DNA of 63,416 nucleotides, the filler included, from Neolecta irregularis DAH-3 (lineage: Eukaryota): assembly GCA_001929475.1 (NCBI GenBank). It is 10 parts of 10 records of this genome, joined end to end, with 100 filler letters (N's around TTAATTAATTAA, not from the genome) between each part and the next. Parts side by side here need not be neighbours in the genome. Positions count along the whole stretch, not along the records: positions 1 to 23,099 come from LXFE01002965.1; positions 23,200 to 30,515 come from LXFE01002968.1; 8 more parts are not named here. One strand, 5' to 3'. The notes beneath the pieces were generated by a model, which saw only the letters and a list, made by a program, of their open reading frames with translations, was not told the DNA's origin and did no database searches. Shown here one piece after another: positions 12,157 through 26,354 of the stretch (positions are counted from its first letter, which is position 1; every line of letters starts with the position of its first letter). A program made the translations under genes and the position numbers.

Positions 12157-13130
12157 TCAAAGTTCTCTTGTACGCCCCCAAATGGTGAGACCACACTCCC
12201 CAGATTTATTGTCCACAACTTTGCCTCGATCCCACTCTCTGGTTCCTTTGCTGTAAATAGGAAAATTTGATTCCCCAATATCTCTATCTTGTGGTTTTTG
12301 GCGACCCATTTCCTTCCATCGATCTCTATCTCTCATTGCATCTAAAGCCATAGCCCAATCATCAAGAGTCTCTGAGCGGTCCACATCTTTAGAAGGATCA
12401 TAGTCATGGGCGAAATGGTCATCCATAGCCTTAATCCCTCCTTCACCAAAGTGTGCGCCCCTTCCTCGAGGTTTCGATCCCGGTACAGGGTTTTCCGGTG
12501 GAGGGGAAGGCCCAATAGAAGGACTAGACGATCTCGAAGGATTTTGCGGGACCCTTTTTCTTTTCATTCCGCTTTTATCCGATCGCTGGTGGTCGGTATA
12601 TTGTGACCGGTCGCAAGATTTTGAACATGATGGTCTATACAGTAAATTCTTACTCTTTGGATTTCTATCGCGAGAGCTAGAGCGAAAAGGTCTCGAAGAA
12701 CGATGCCTGTCTCGACTGCGTGAACGATGACGATGACGGCGATAGCTTCCCTCCGAATATCCTTCGGAAAGACTTTGATCATTTCGCTCCCTTGCGTTGC
12801 AATCATCTCGAGCTTTTAGATGCGAGTATCTGCTGCTTGATTCGCAACAATGACGAGACACTTGGCGGTCTCTTGATTTTCTCAGATCCTTTTTCAGTAA
12901 TCCCGTATTATGGGAATCTACATCTCGAACGATACTTTGAAGGAATCTCGTGTTTGGTCGTAATGTCGCAACTCGCCTTTTGTTCAGCTCAGACAAACAC
13001 AATAACCCTACTCTTGTTGAGGTAAAAACGCTTTAATTCCTATTTCCGAGTATTTGATATCTTTCTCTTTAGCTTCTCGAATTAATGCATTATATGCGTC
13101 CAAGTCTTCGTCATCTATGACAGCCGCCAG
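12157..13130 (-). CDS. Conserved fungal RS-rich protein (splicing-factor-like); start codon unresolved
   Basis: DDEDLDAY..LIREAKEK, RPNTRFLQSIVRDVDSHN, RS tract, RGRG..MDDHF..YDP, YSKGTREWDRGK. Confidence 0.7.
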
Positions 13131-13922
13131 GTTGGATCGAACGAAAAGGAAGGGGATGAGGTGCTTTGATCAGACGTGCGGTCAACAAGCTAGCTTGGGT
13201 GACAAACTCACGCAGATACACTAAAACACTACTCCCACTAGCATTTATATAAACATTCCTATGTAAAATATTCGACTGACTGTATGGAGACTTTGTTGGA
13301 ACAGTGTTCCAAGGAGATTGATACCTACGTACTGGTTACTACAAATTTTACTTTAATTGTTTCCGGAGATCAAAAGTATCAAATATCTCGTTATCCACTC
13401 CCCGAACTTCAACTTCTGTAATATGTAGGGCACTAGGCGCATGACGAACAGCCATTTTACGGTCACCGTAAGGGTGGTATTTAAACTTGAAGTTGTTATC
13501 GCCTTCATTCGTATCGGATTGCCAGGGCTTAGCAGTGCCATCTTTGGCCAGTACAACGCTCTTCTCGGGGTCGATAGCCGTTCCTTTTTTCCCTGAAAAT
13601 GTTACGTTTATTTAGCTCGAGCTGTACCAAGATGATAACCGGCAATCCCAAAGATTGCAGACATGATTGGCATCAGAATCTGGGCGCTCAGATCGAGCGA
13701 CTAGTCCGGCAGCATACATAAAGCTCTGGGTCCCTTTTTGCAATGGTCTGGAGAAACCTTCCGCTCATGGTGGGGATATGACGAAGGTCAAAGAGCAATT
13801 GCCAAACTCACCGCCGCTCCAGTCCCCGGTCCGGGCACGATGTCGGCACAACTAGCTCCATTCTACTACTGTCAAACCCACTTTCCTTTTCTCCTCCAAC
13901 TGTTGCTCCAGTGAGCTGCCCA

Positions 13923-15760
13923 ATGAACCCAGATCCTTGTTCTGATCTCGCGGCTGCCACTGGAACCAGTACTTGTCGCGACCCGCAGGCGGAAACACAG
14001 GAGCATAAAACTCATTCTCCTCCAGATTCCCCTTTGCCTTTGGGAAATTCCCAGACAGTAATCACCAATGTTACGGCTCCACGACTCGCCGAACACTTGT
14101 CGAATCGCTTGGGGTCTCTCTCTGGGAATCCGCCGAATACCGCGAACCGGCCTGGAACAGCAAACAGGCCCGCATCTTCGCGCAGATGTTCCAACCGGCC
14201 AGATAGTTCGGCTTCTCGCAGTCACGTCTCCGCGATTATACCATCCGCGTCATTCTTCAATCCTGTTATGCCTGCCAAACGACAAAGAAATCAGATTTTC
14301 CTTGATGTGTCGGAACAAACTCTGGCTGAAGAACGCGGTCCAGATGGTTCCGCTTATTTTCGCGAGTATAACAAAGACAGTCAGACCCCGGGAGGATCTG
14401 ACGAAGGGAGGCCTGTCTCAAGCTATCGCCCCGAGACCACATCATCGTCTCCCTTGCATCGCCCAGATGGACACAATTTCCACAAGGACACAGACTTGGA
14501 AGCTCAAATTACCAATCGCAGGGTTCGTAATTGGAAAAGGACTCAAGGAAAAACTGAATTCCATCTCGATGGACGACTACAAACATCTTACCAGTATACC
14601 GTCAATTTCCTGACTCTAGGCCTAATTATCATCCCTTCGATTTTATTCTTTATTTTCACGTATCTTCACAAGTAAAATCATAGCTTGATTTCCTAGGGCC
14701 CCAGAACTATGGAGTAATGGATCTCCTGCTTATCCACTTACATACGCATATCTATTTGCCCTTTGTGTAACTTCAATGTTGAAGGCCACCACCTCGGATC
14801 CTGGAGTAAATACGCCTTGTAATTCTCTGCTAATCCAAGATCTTGCCCCGAAATCTCCATTTGCTTGAGAAGGAACCAGTAAACGATTGGGATTCTGCGC
14901 CATCAGCTAAAGAAATTCCAATTCGAAAAGATGAGCAAAATCAATATCTAGCAGTTACTGTGAAATACTGTACAACGTGCCGAATCTGGCGGTAGTGAAT
15001 TTTCTTCGAACCCAGGGCTGATTAATCAAGGCCTCCACGCAGTAGTCACTGTAGGAAATGTGACAACTGTATCGGTAACGTCACCTTTCTGTCACTGTTA
15101 TTTACCATTTAGAGTTTAGTGATCATCATTGCATATGGTTGAATAATTGCATTGGACGCCGAAACTATCGATATTTCTTCGTCTTTGTTATTACCGCAGT
15201 AATTCTCGGATTTTACCTTAGTGTCCTGTGTTGTATTCACCTATCTCTGCAAAAACAAAACGGAAAGAGAGTATCGTTCGCGACTGCAATAGAAAACCGT
15301 GGAGTGTCTTTCAGTCTCGCAATTTACGGCTTCATTGCTGCTCTCTATCCATCGGCATTATCTGGTTATCATATCTACCTTGTCAGTCGTGGACAAAGTA
15401 CACATGAATTTGTAGGTGCTTCGTATATTTTGGGGGCTGACAACGCCGTAGCTTCGTGATAGTGTCCTGCCTCAAACAGAACGCCAGCGTCCTTTCGCCA
15501 CGAGCGTCTTGTCAAATTTCATGGCTGTATTATGTCGCCCAAAGCTTGTAAGCTACATTAGACCTCGTCAATATTATGAAGAAGGCGACCGGTATGTCTT
15601 CTACACAAATTACATTCAGATTCTAGGCGATTTGAGGATATGGGTGGATTCTTTGACTCACTTCCGCAAACCAGTGATCGTGTTGAGCTACAAGTACAAC
15701 CCGTGCCAACCCCCACGCAGAATGATACTCCAGCAGAAAAGCCAGCAGCAGCTGATGTAA
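13923..15760 (+). CDS. ERF2: DHHC palmitoyltransferase Erf2, multi-exon
   Basis: SDPG-ILPRNL, KYCTTCRIWR-PPRSSHC, DHHCIWLNNCIGRRNYRYF, GQSTHEF. Confidence 0.92.
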
Positions 15761-15980
15761 CAACGTGTTGATTCATTCAATCTACCAGGATGCATTGATT
15801 AGGGGTTTTGTCTTTGGAGTTGTGCTTTACTTTTCTTTGTTCGAGTTGTTTAGTTTGGAATTTTATCAGGTTTATAATTGCCAGTAAGCTCCATAATTGC
15901 CGCGCTTTTTTATTGCCACGACGCGACTCTAAACATTTCAATTGTTGACAATTACATTATTGATTCGATTCACCGCCTTG

Positions 15981-17477
15981 ATGGCCAAAGTACAGCATAT
16001 CCCAAGTCCACCATTATCTTCTGCAACCTTTTTATCTGAGAAATCGAACTCGCGGCGCTGCTCAAGCAGATTTTGTGCGCAAAAGGCTATACCCTTGATT
16101 CTTCGCACATTCTTCGAAGCAAGCGTGATACCAGACAATGAGAGCATATTGGAGAATTCTATCGATGAAATCAGTCAAATCTGGGAGTTCCCTCCTGATA
16201 CAGAGAGCCTTGATAATGAATGTGGTTTGCGTAGTAGCGCCCTCAAAAGCAGATCAGCGGAAACAAGGAATGATACTGCTCCTAATAGAGCACAATCGAA
16301 ATGTTTTTTGACTCAAGGTATCTATGCAACTGCATCTCAAAAGGAAGTCAGCTTCCTGTGGCCTTTACCAATGTATGTTGGTCAAGATCTCCTAAGGGAA
16401 GGACGAAATTTCTTTCTACCGTGGGATATCTTAGCTTTAACAGATACCCCAGTCAAGATCTCAGGATGGAGAAACATTAAACGAAGTATTGGTGTAATCT
16501 GGCCAGACTATGCTGATTCTTTGAGACATTTATCTTGATGTCATACGCCCCAACCCAAATACCCCGCGGCCATTGTGTACTTGTACTGAAGAAGACGGAT
16601 GTGAAGAAAGCTGCTTAAATAGGTATAGAAGCAATAGATGTGGATGACTGATCTACCCTTAGAGCCATGTTTTATGAATGTGACGAACTCAACTGTGCAT
16701 TAGCACGGCTTGGTATTACCTGTTCAAATCGGAACTTCGAGAAAGGTATAGCCAGTTATGAGAATTTCAAACTCTCACAAAAACGGTATGCCGTCTGTTG
16801 GGTATACCCCCTCACCTGATACATTATTCCTGACACTGAGACGGGAAACCGGGGTCATGGTCTGCGAGCAACTCAAGACATCGAACCACATCGTTTTATA
16901 ATCGAGTATAAAGGTGAACTTATTGGCCAAGAGGAATGTCAACAGCGAATGGCGAATATGTATCAAGATACACAGGCAATTCTCTAACATCTCAGTCACT
17001 AATTCATAAGAATCATTATTTCCTAGACTTTGAGAATGGATGGGTTCTGGATGCTGGAAGGAAGGGCAGTGAAGCTAGATTTGTGAATCATTCATGCTCA
17101 CCAAATTCTTTCATCGAGAAATGGTTCGTCTTTGGTGTTTGGGTTAGGACTCAAGTTCAGGTTTGTTCGCAACGAACCTCGAGTAGGGCTATTTGCAGGA
17201 AACCAGAGAATCTTGGCAGGGGAAGAGATCACATATGATTACAATTTCAGGTGCAACGGTCCTACCTTGTCTTACTAAAGTATCCAGTTGGTTCGAGGGG
17301 TCTAGAGGGCGCGAACAAGCTTGTCGTTGTGGAACAGCACAATGCCGAGGCATTATTGGCCAGCGAGAAAAAGAAAAGCCCCTGGCGCCGCCGCACAAGA
17401 AAGCAAAGATAGCGAGCAAAGATGTCATGACTACTGCGGCCGCGAGCAGGACACGAAGATCCTCCAAGCGGAAGTAA
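15981..17477 (+). CDS. ash1: ASH1-like histone H3K36 methyltransferase (AWS-SET-post-SET)
   Basis: FLTQGIY..PLPM..G..LL..RNFFLPWDI; CLNR..ECD; IIEYKGE; GSEARFVNHSCSPN; GEEITYDYNF; CRCGTAQCRGII. Confidence 0.82.
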
Positions 17478-17709
17478 GAGGAGCAGATTTGAGTATTTAT
17501 CTAGGGGTATTTTGTATTATTTTGATGCGAACCAAGAGCTAAATATGGGTTAATAATGCGCGATCCTAGGCAGGATTATTTATCCTACTGTAAACCCTGT
17601 GTCTTATTAGAATATCCTGTAAACAATCCCTTTTATGTATCTGTTCGCCGGCGATATGTTATGTGGTAGGTGCTATTACCTCGGATTCTCCGATTCCCAC
17701 AGCACTCAG

Positions 17710-18837
17710 ATGGCTGTCCGCCGTTATTCTCCTTCTATGGGAAGCTTTACAAAACTTATCGGCACCAGATATAACGAAGCATTGGGTATCGCGCCTGCTT
17801 TAGACCTTAATTGAACAATGAAGAATCTAAACATTTGATTTTTATTGAATCCCGAGCGGAATCTGTTTCAGAAAACGGGCTCACTGTATCCTCGGCGCTG
17901 CAATAATTTCCTTCTCTGAGCTTGGTATAGTATCAGATACGCTGTGCCCCTTCACTGGCAAAGAAATCTGAATCCATCAAGAACGAAACAACCGGAAAAA
18001 TGCACAATCCATTTCTCCCTCCAGCACCCCAATTGGTAGTCTGCGGCATGGGCGCAGACCATACTATAGTCCTAAATAAATTTTGCATTCTACCTCGACA
18101 TTTTCTTCTTATTACAAATGGTATACTCCCTTTCTTCAACATTTGGATGTTGAAGTTTGAAGAATTTCAGAAGCAGACGGAACCCCTGAGTCCTGAAGAT
18201 TTGGCATCGACATGGGAGTGCCTGTCATTAGTCGATAAGCGTCATTTGGCCTTTTTTAACTGTGGAAAGGTCTCCGGAGCCAGGTTGATTATATACTAGC
18301 TTACATTTGAAATGACCTTCCAGCCAAGATCATAAACACGTCCAATTTATCGAAGTCGAGGACCTCAAGATGTATCCCGATGATATATCACTCTCGTCTT
18401 CATGTACGTTCTTTCCAGAAAAAAAACACATAGCTAAGAAACCAGTGGAACCAGCATCTCATCCATCTGTCCCCTTTGCGCATTTTGTCCTTCCCGTTCC
18501 AAAAGAACATTCAGGATTAGATTTAGCTTCTATATTTGCAGTGCTACTCTCATCGACAATGACAGCTTCTCGTCTCTCCGATGTTAAGGTATTTGCTTAC
18601 AATTTCTGTATGACCAAGGAATGGATGTTTATGGCGCCCAGATCAAAAGAACACTGGAAAGACATAAGCATCAACTCCACAGGGATGGTTGGTTTGCTAT
18701 TAACCAAGAGCGATGAGGAACTTCAGGATGTTAAACACACCAGAATTGTCGAAATATTAGAGCATGTCGGAATACCAAAATCCGATGGTAACGTAGACAG
18801 GTCAGGCTCGGCGTCTGACCACGAAAATAAAATTTAG
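17710..18837 (+). CDS. APA1: Ap4A phosphorylase / ATP adenylyltransferase (Apa1/Apa2 family), multi-exon
   Basis: NPFLPP, LNKFCILPRHFLLIT, AFFNCGKVSGA-SQDHKHVQF, YNFCMTKEWMFMAPRS, INSTGMVG. Confidence 0.9.
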
Positions 18838-18846
18838 CTTGAGCAC

Positions 18847-20904
<2,058 letters not shown>

Positions 20905-21350
20905 TTCGACGGAGAGGTGAAGAGATTCAACTGTGGTGTTGCGATGGCCTGACCAACACCGCGCCCAGTGCCGATGTCTTACTAATAGAGAGATACCTAG
21001 TGAAATGTTAGCTTTTTCTTTGTCAGGACTCCAAAAATATATCTCTTCCCTTTCGAATGATGCTAGGAGCAACAAAGTTCACGTCGACTCCCACGTCGAC
21101 ACCCTAACCGGCGATCTTTATAAACTCTAGAAACTTCCAAATAGGAGCAGAATCTTTCATCGTAGAGAATCGGAATATTTAGTGGAGAAATGTCTACAGG
21201 ATTCAAGAAGGCGCTATCGCTTGATCGAAAGCCGCTTAGCCAAGTGGTCTTTGCTATTGCGTGATCACATTAACAACCCTCGTAATCGCCCGCGAGTTTA
21301 ATGATATATCTACCGTTCACATTGGCCCATGTTCTCTTGCCCAGTAGAAT

Positions 21351-22213
21351 ATGGCTGCATCACTTATGTTCAACAGTTGCCTTTCTAATTCAGATTACTT
21401 GTCATCCGGCTATATCTCTGCAGTAAATTCTATTGCCTTCACTAAAAGCCATCTCAAGTTTCTAAATGACCGACTGGCGACTCTCGAACCCCGACAGATT
21501 CTCCAGTGGTGCACTGTGACGCTGCCTAATTTGTACCAAACAACTGCCTTTGGTCTTACTGGTATGCAATGTCCTTGAAAGATGATGGTAACAAAGATGC
21601 AGGTCTCGTAACGATCGACATGTTATCAACGTTACAAGACCCTCCGCCACTAATATTCCTTGACACCCTTCATCACTTTCAGGAGACATTACTCCTAATT
21701 GAAAAGATCAAAGCCCGATATCCTCAAATTTCGTTAAATATCTACAAGCCTAATGGATTAGACACTACGTTTGAATTCAACAAACTGTATGGCGAGCGGC
21801 TCTGGGAAAAGGACGAAGCTTTATATGACTATACGGTAAAAGTCGAACCTGCACGTCGTGCGTACCGTGAGCTGGGTGTCAAGGCTGTGCTTACCGGTCG
21901 TCGAAAAAGCCAAGGCGGGGCTCGTTCAAACTTGGATATTATAGAAATCGACGATACCGGACTGGTCAAAGTCAATCCGTTCGCCAATTGGTCCTTTCGG
22001 CAAGTTTATGATTATATTCGTGAATTCAAGGTGCCGTATAATGAGCTTTCGGATCAAGGCTATAGGAGCATTGGCGATTGGCACAGTACGGTGACTGTTA
22101 AAGACGATGAAGATGAACGGGCTGGTCGTTGGAAAGGACAAGTAAAAACTGAATGCGGATTACATGAGAACTACTTCAAGATGAAATTAGAGAGATTGGG
22201 CTTGACTAAATAA
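21351..22213 (+). CDS. MET16: PAPS reductase
   Basis: QTTAFGLTG, IFLDTLHHF, LTGRRKSQG, GYRSIGDWHST, ERAGRWKGQVKTECGLH. Confidence 0.96.
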
Positions 22214-22440
22214 TATTCACTGTAGCGAATCATTGCGGCGATATCAAGGTGGAGATTTTAAAGGAGGGAGGGAATAAGACTTTAGGGTGCGTTTTGCAGC
22301 ACCATCAATGTAATTGCATGAAATCAGAAAATGTAAAATTTATTTCGCATAATTCCAAGCATCACAGGCCCTCGCCATTCTACAAAATCGCAATTCCTTA
22401 TCACTGATCCCTTTACCTCAACCGCCATTCAACCAACCAT

Positions 22441-23599
22441 ATGGCTCAAACGATTGATTTCTCATCAATTCGTTTGAAACCCCAGTCATTCGAGCTTCAG
22501 ATAGTTAAGGCGTTTGATTAACCCAAGGGCAAGAACAATGTGGGGGTTCCGGGGATCCCCACACCGTCCATGCACAGCCCCAGCTCAAACATCGACGACG
22601 CTCAGTGCCACGGCCAGCCAGCGCAGGAGCAGCATCTGCCGCGGCCGCAGTCCGCAAAGCCGCTCTCCTCCTAACCCAACTGTGAATTGATTGCCATTTG
22701 CTCCAAGTTCTGCTCGCAAAATTTATCATGGATCATGTGACACGGCGACATGAACTTTGTAAGAGCAGCATACCCCACCAACTAAAGAAACGGCCAGATA
22801 TTTTTATCAGCAATTTTGGTTATTTGGTAATTTGGTATTGCACTTATATAAATTGTCAAAGAAGCGAACCGCCCGCCCTACCAAGTCTCCTGCGGGCGGC
22901 GTCCCCGGCGGCGAAAGCACTCGCATCGCCCTCCTCGCCCATCTTCTCCGGCCTCTCCGCCAGACTGCCGCTACTGCTCGACATGCCTGTAGAACCACGA
23001 CGCCGTTGAGGATCCCGCTCCAGCTCCGCCACTGCATCCTCTGCCTGCCTCTCGATTTCCTGGCTGGCCACTAACCCGAGTTCCGTACCGCTGTGGCTGN
23101 NNNNNNNNNNNNNNNNNNNNNNNNNNNNNNNNNNNNNNNNNNNTTAATTAATTAANNNNNNNNNNNNNNNNNNNNNNNNNNNNNNNNNNNNNNNNNNNNT
23201 CCCTTCTTTCCCACCCCCGAATCCCTCATCGGTCAAAAATGTATAGTCGTTGCAAATATGCCCAAGCGCAAATTACGAGGTGTGTGGAGTGAGGGAATGT
23301 TGCTTTGTGGCTCAAAGAAAATTGGTGATGCTGGTGCTGCGGTTGAATTACTTCGACCACCGTCTAATGCCAAACCGGGTGAGCGAGTCATCGCAACGGG
23401 TCAAACGGTCTCTTCCAACCCCATCGATTCCATGAAATCAAAAAGTGAACTGAAAAAAATAGAAGGTATTTGGGAAGAAGTCGTGCGTGGATTGGGTGTC
23501 GATAACCAGGGTCATGGAGTATTCCAAGGTCGTACTCTCCACGTCAATGGAAAAGGTCCCTGTGTTTGCGAAACCATTAAAAGCGGCTCTCTTTATTGA
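22441..23599 (+). CDS. tRNA-binding OB-fold (Arc1p-C/EMAPII-like) protein, interrupted by repeats and an assembly gap
   Basis: 23220-23599 encodes VVANMPKRKLRGVWSEGMLLC..VELLRPP..KPGERV; 22441-22504 encodes MAQTIDFSSIRLKPQSFELQI, resembling the domain N-terminus. Confidence 0.65.
22677..22862 (-). repeat. Dispersed repeat family R2, inverted copy
   Basis: Reverse complement aligns with 49223-49432 and 52442-52507. Confidence 0.9.
22866..23099 (+). repeat. Dispersed GC-rich repeat family R1, diverged partial copy
   Basis: Aligns with 57165-57388 (gaggatcccgctccagctccgcc..catcctctgcctgcct..gatttcctg). Confidence 0.9.
23100..23199. other. Artificial scaffold linker N44-TTAATTAATTAA-N44; also near 30516, 36195, 42159, 47332, 52508, 57670, 60090 and 61430
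   Basis: Identical 12-mer with stops in all six frames, centred in each roughly 100-nt N block. Confidence 0.97.
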
Positions 23600-23743
23600 T
23601 ATCAGTGGCTACATTGGCGTTTCTCTTTTCTACACATTTCTTGTATCTGGCGTGGTCATTTATATTTGTGTATATTTAGCTGTTATGAGGAATGTCATGA
23701 TTCAAATTTCGCTAAATTAGAGAGATTGCAAAAGATCATTGCT

Positions 23744-24528
<785 letters not shown>

Positions 24529-24621
24529 CGTCAAAACTGCACGTTGGAGTGTGGTGGTGGTGGATTATGTTTAGTATCACAGCCTAATAATCAATCCACT
24601 GTCGCTGATCTACAAAACAAT

Positions 24622-25001
24622 ATGGACGCCACCGTCGAGACGCTCCTTCACGATATGTGCGTACATTCAATACTGTGAGTGCCAATAACAATACAGATTC
24701 AAAGCTCCCGGCGTTATCGGCGCCCTAATAGTCGATATTCCCACAGGCTTCCCGTTGGCTTGTATATACCCGAGTCTTTCTGCACCCGGCTGAATAGCGC
24801 TGCTCGGGGATTCCCAGGAATCCAGAAAGATGCAAATGAACTGGTTTCATGGTACAAGAAGAAGGGCGAACCACACGCCGCACTCATCCGAAACACGTAT
24901 CTTGAACTATACAGAGCGCGTATCAGCTGATCTTCGATTGTAGCAAAGTCTTGCTTTCAAGAGAAGACAATTTATTGGTCGCAGTTTATAAGTCTGTTTA
25001 G
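24622..25001 (+). CDS. Small roadblock protein resembling Ragulator subunit LAMTOR5, 4 exons
   Basis: MDATVETLLHD-IFKAPGVIGALIVD..TGFP..RG...KVLLSREDNLLVAVYKSV parallels the LAMTOR5 pattern; second intron ambiguous. Confidence 0.65.
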
Positions 25002-25360
25002 GCTTTGGCCCTTGTGCTTCTTTTACAATGGCTCTACCCATCAGTAATTCTTGTATGACGTTTGGCTACCAATGCTGGTCTACTCTCATTTTAGGTGAAC
25101 TCTGACGGGAAATTGAATACCAGGGCTGTGCAGCCCGCGAATGTAATGGTAAACATATGGCAGCTTTGTTAGAGAATATATTGTAATAAGCAGACATAAC
25201 AGTCTTTGCAGCATGTACACCATTGCAGCATGTACACCAAGTCATTGGTCATAGATATGCTGACTAAACTCGTCATCTGTTGCTTTGACATCATTCGTAA
25301 TACCCAACAATCTCGCATCACGTGTGCTCATTGAGTAATCAACCTTTCGCTCCCGTCTGA

Positions 25361-26214
25361 ATGTTACATCTTGTGCCGAAGCCAAAGGTAACTATGTATA
25401 TATACAGCTCTGACCAATCCTGCAGAAGTTTCTCAATGCTATCGATCTAAGCACTGGAGTTTATATAATAACCCTATTCACTATCGTTAACAAACTCTGT
25501 GGTTTTTATGGCCTTCTCGCTTTCATATCCGGAGCTTCCATTTCGACATGGCAACTGTCCATGTATTTTTACAGTATTACAGCTTTGGTGTTCTTTTGTA
25601 CCAGCTTGGAGTACATAAGCGCTGTATCACTTGGTTGTGAAAATAGCAGACTGACAGTGCAGGAAGACCCCTTTCGGATTATTTTATTCGCTTACGGCTT
25701 CCTCTTTGATTCAGTATTAAATGCGTTTTACACTTTGTTATTTACGGGGTCTTGGTTCCTCATGCTTTCTCAGATCGATGATAATGGATCCACAAGTGAT
25801 TCATTGGAATATGCCGGTACCCTTAATTCAAGTGACGTAACCTCGGAAGGCAGTGCACTACCCACACTTACCCCCTCAAGTCAAAACGAAAATATGGTGC
25901 CGTCAGGCACCGTCGGTCTTGGATTTATGCAACCCGAAAGCGCCTCGAGTCTGCTTGCTATATGCGTACTGTGGATTGTGAGGGCGTATTTTGTTATCGC
26001 AGTCTTTTCGCTTGCACGAAAATGCGTGCGGAGGTCCAAAGCGGCAACTGATAGTCTGACTCAACACCCTGTGAAAGCAACAATCATTGCTTTGCTTACC
26101 AGGGGTTCTTATTGGAATGGACGTTCAAGAGGGTTTGATGGCCGAAAATTTTCACATTCAGAAGACCTTGAAGATTTAGAAACTCGGGCTTATTTGATGC
26201 CGGATATAGATTAG
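25361..26214 (+). CDS. KEI1: IPC synthase regulatory subunit Kei1
   Basis: FLNAIDLSTGV..NKLCGFYGLLA, WQLSMYFYS, QPESASS..WIVRAYF. Confidence 0.85.
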
Positions 26215-26354
26215 ACAACTGGCTTTGATGTTTTTGCTTTATTATATCGGGAAATTCATCGATTTTAATTTCTACAGTCATATTTCCAAAATTACACCAT
26301 ATTATTTATAAGAATATATGATATGCTAATACACCTTCACCTCTAGATCACCCT

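Noticed and set aside
23144-23155. Recurrent palindromic TTAATTAATTAA
   Set aside because: Always centred in roughly 100-nt N blocks; an artificial six-frame-stop linker
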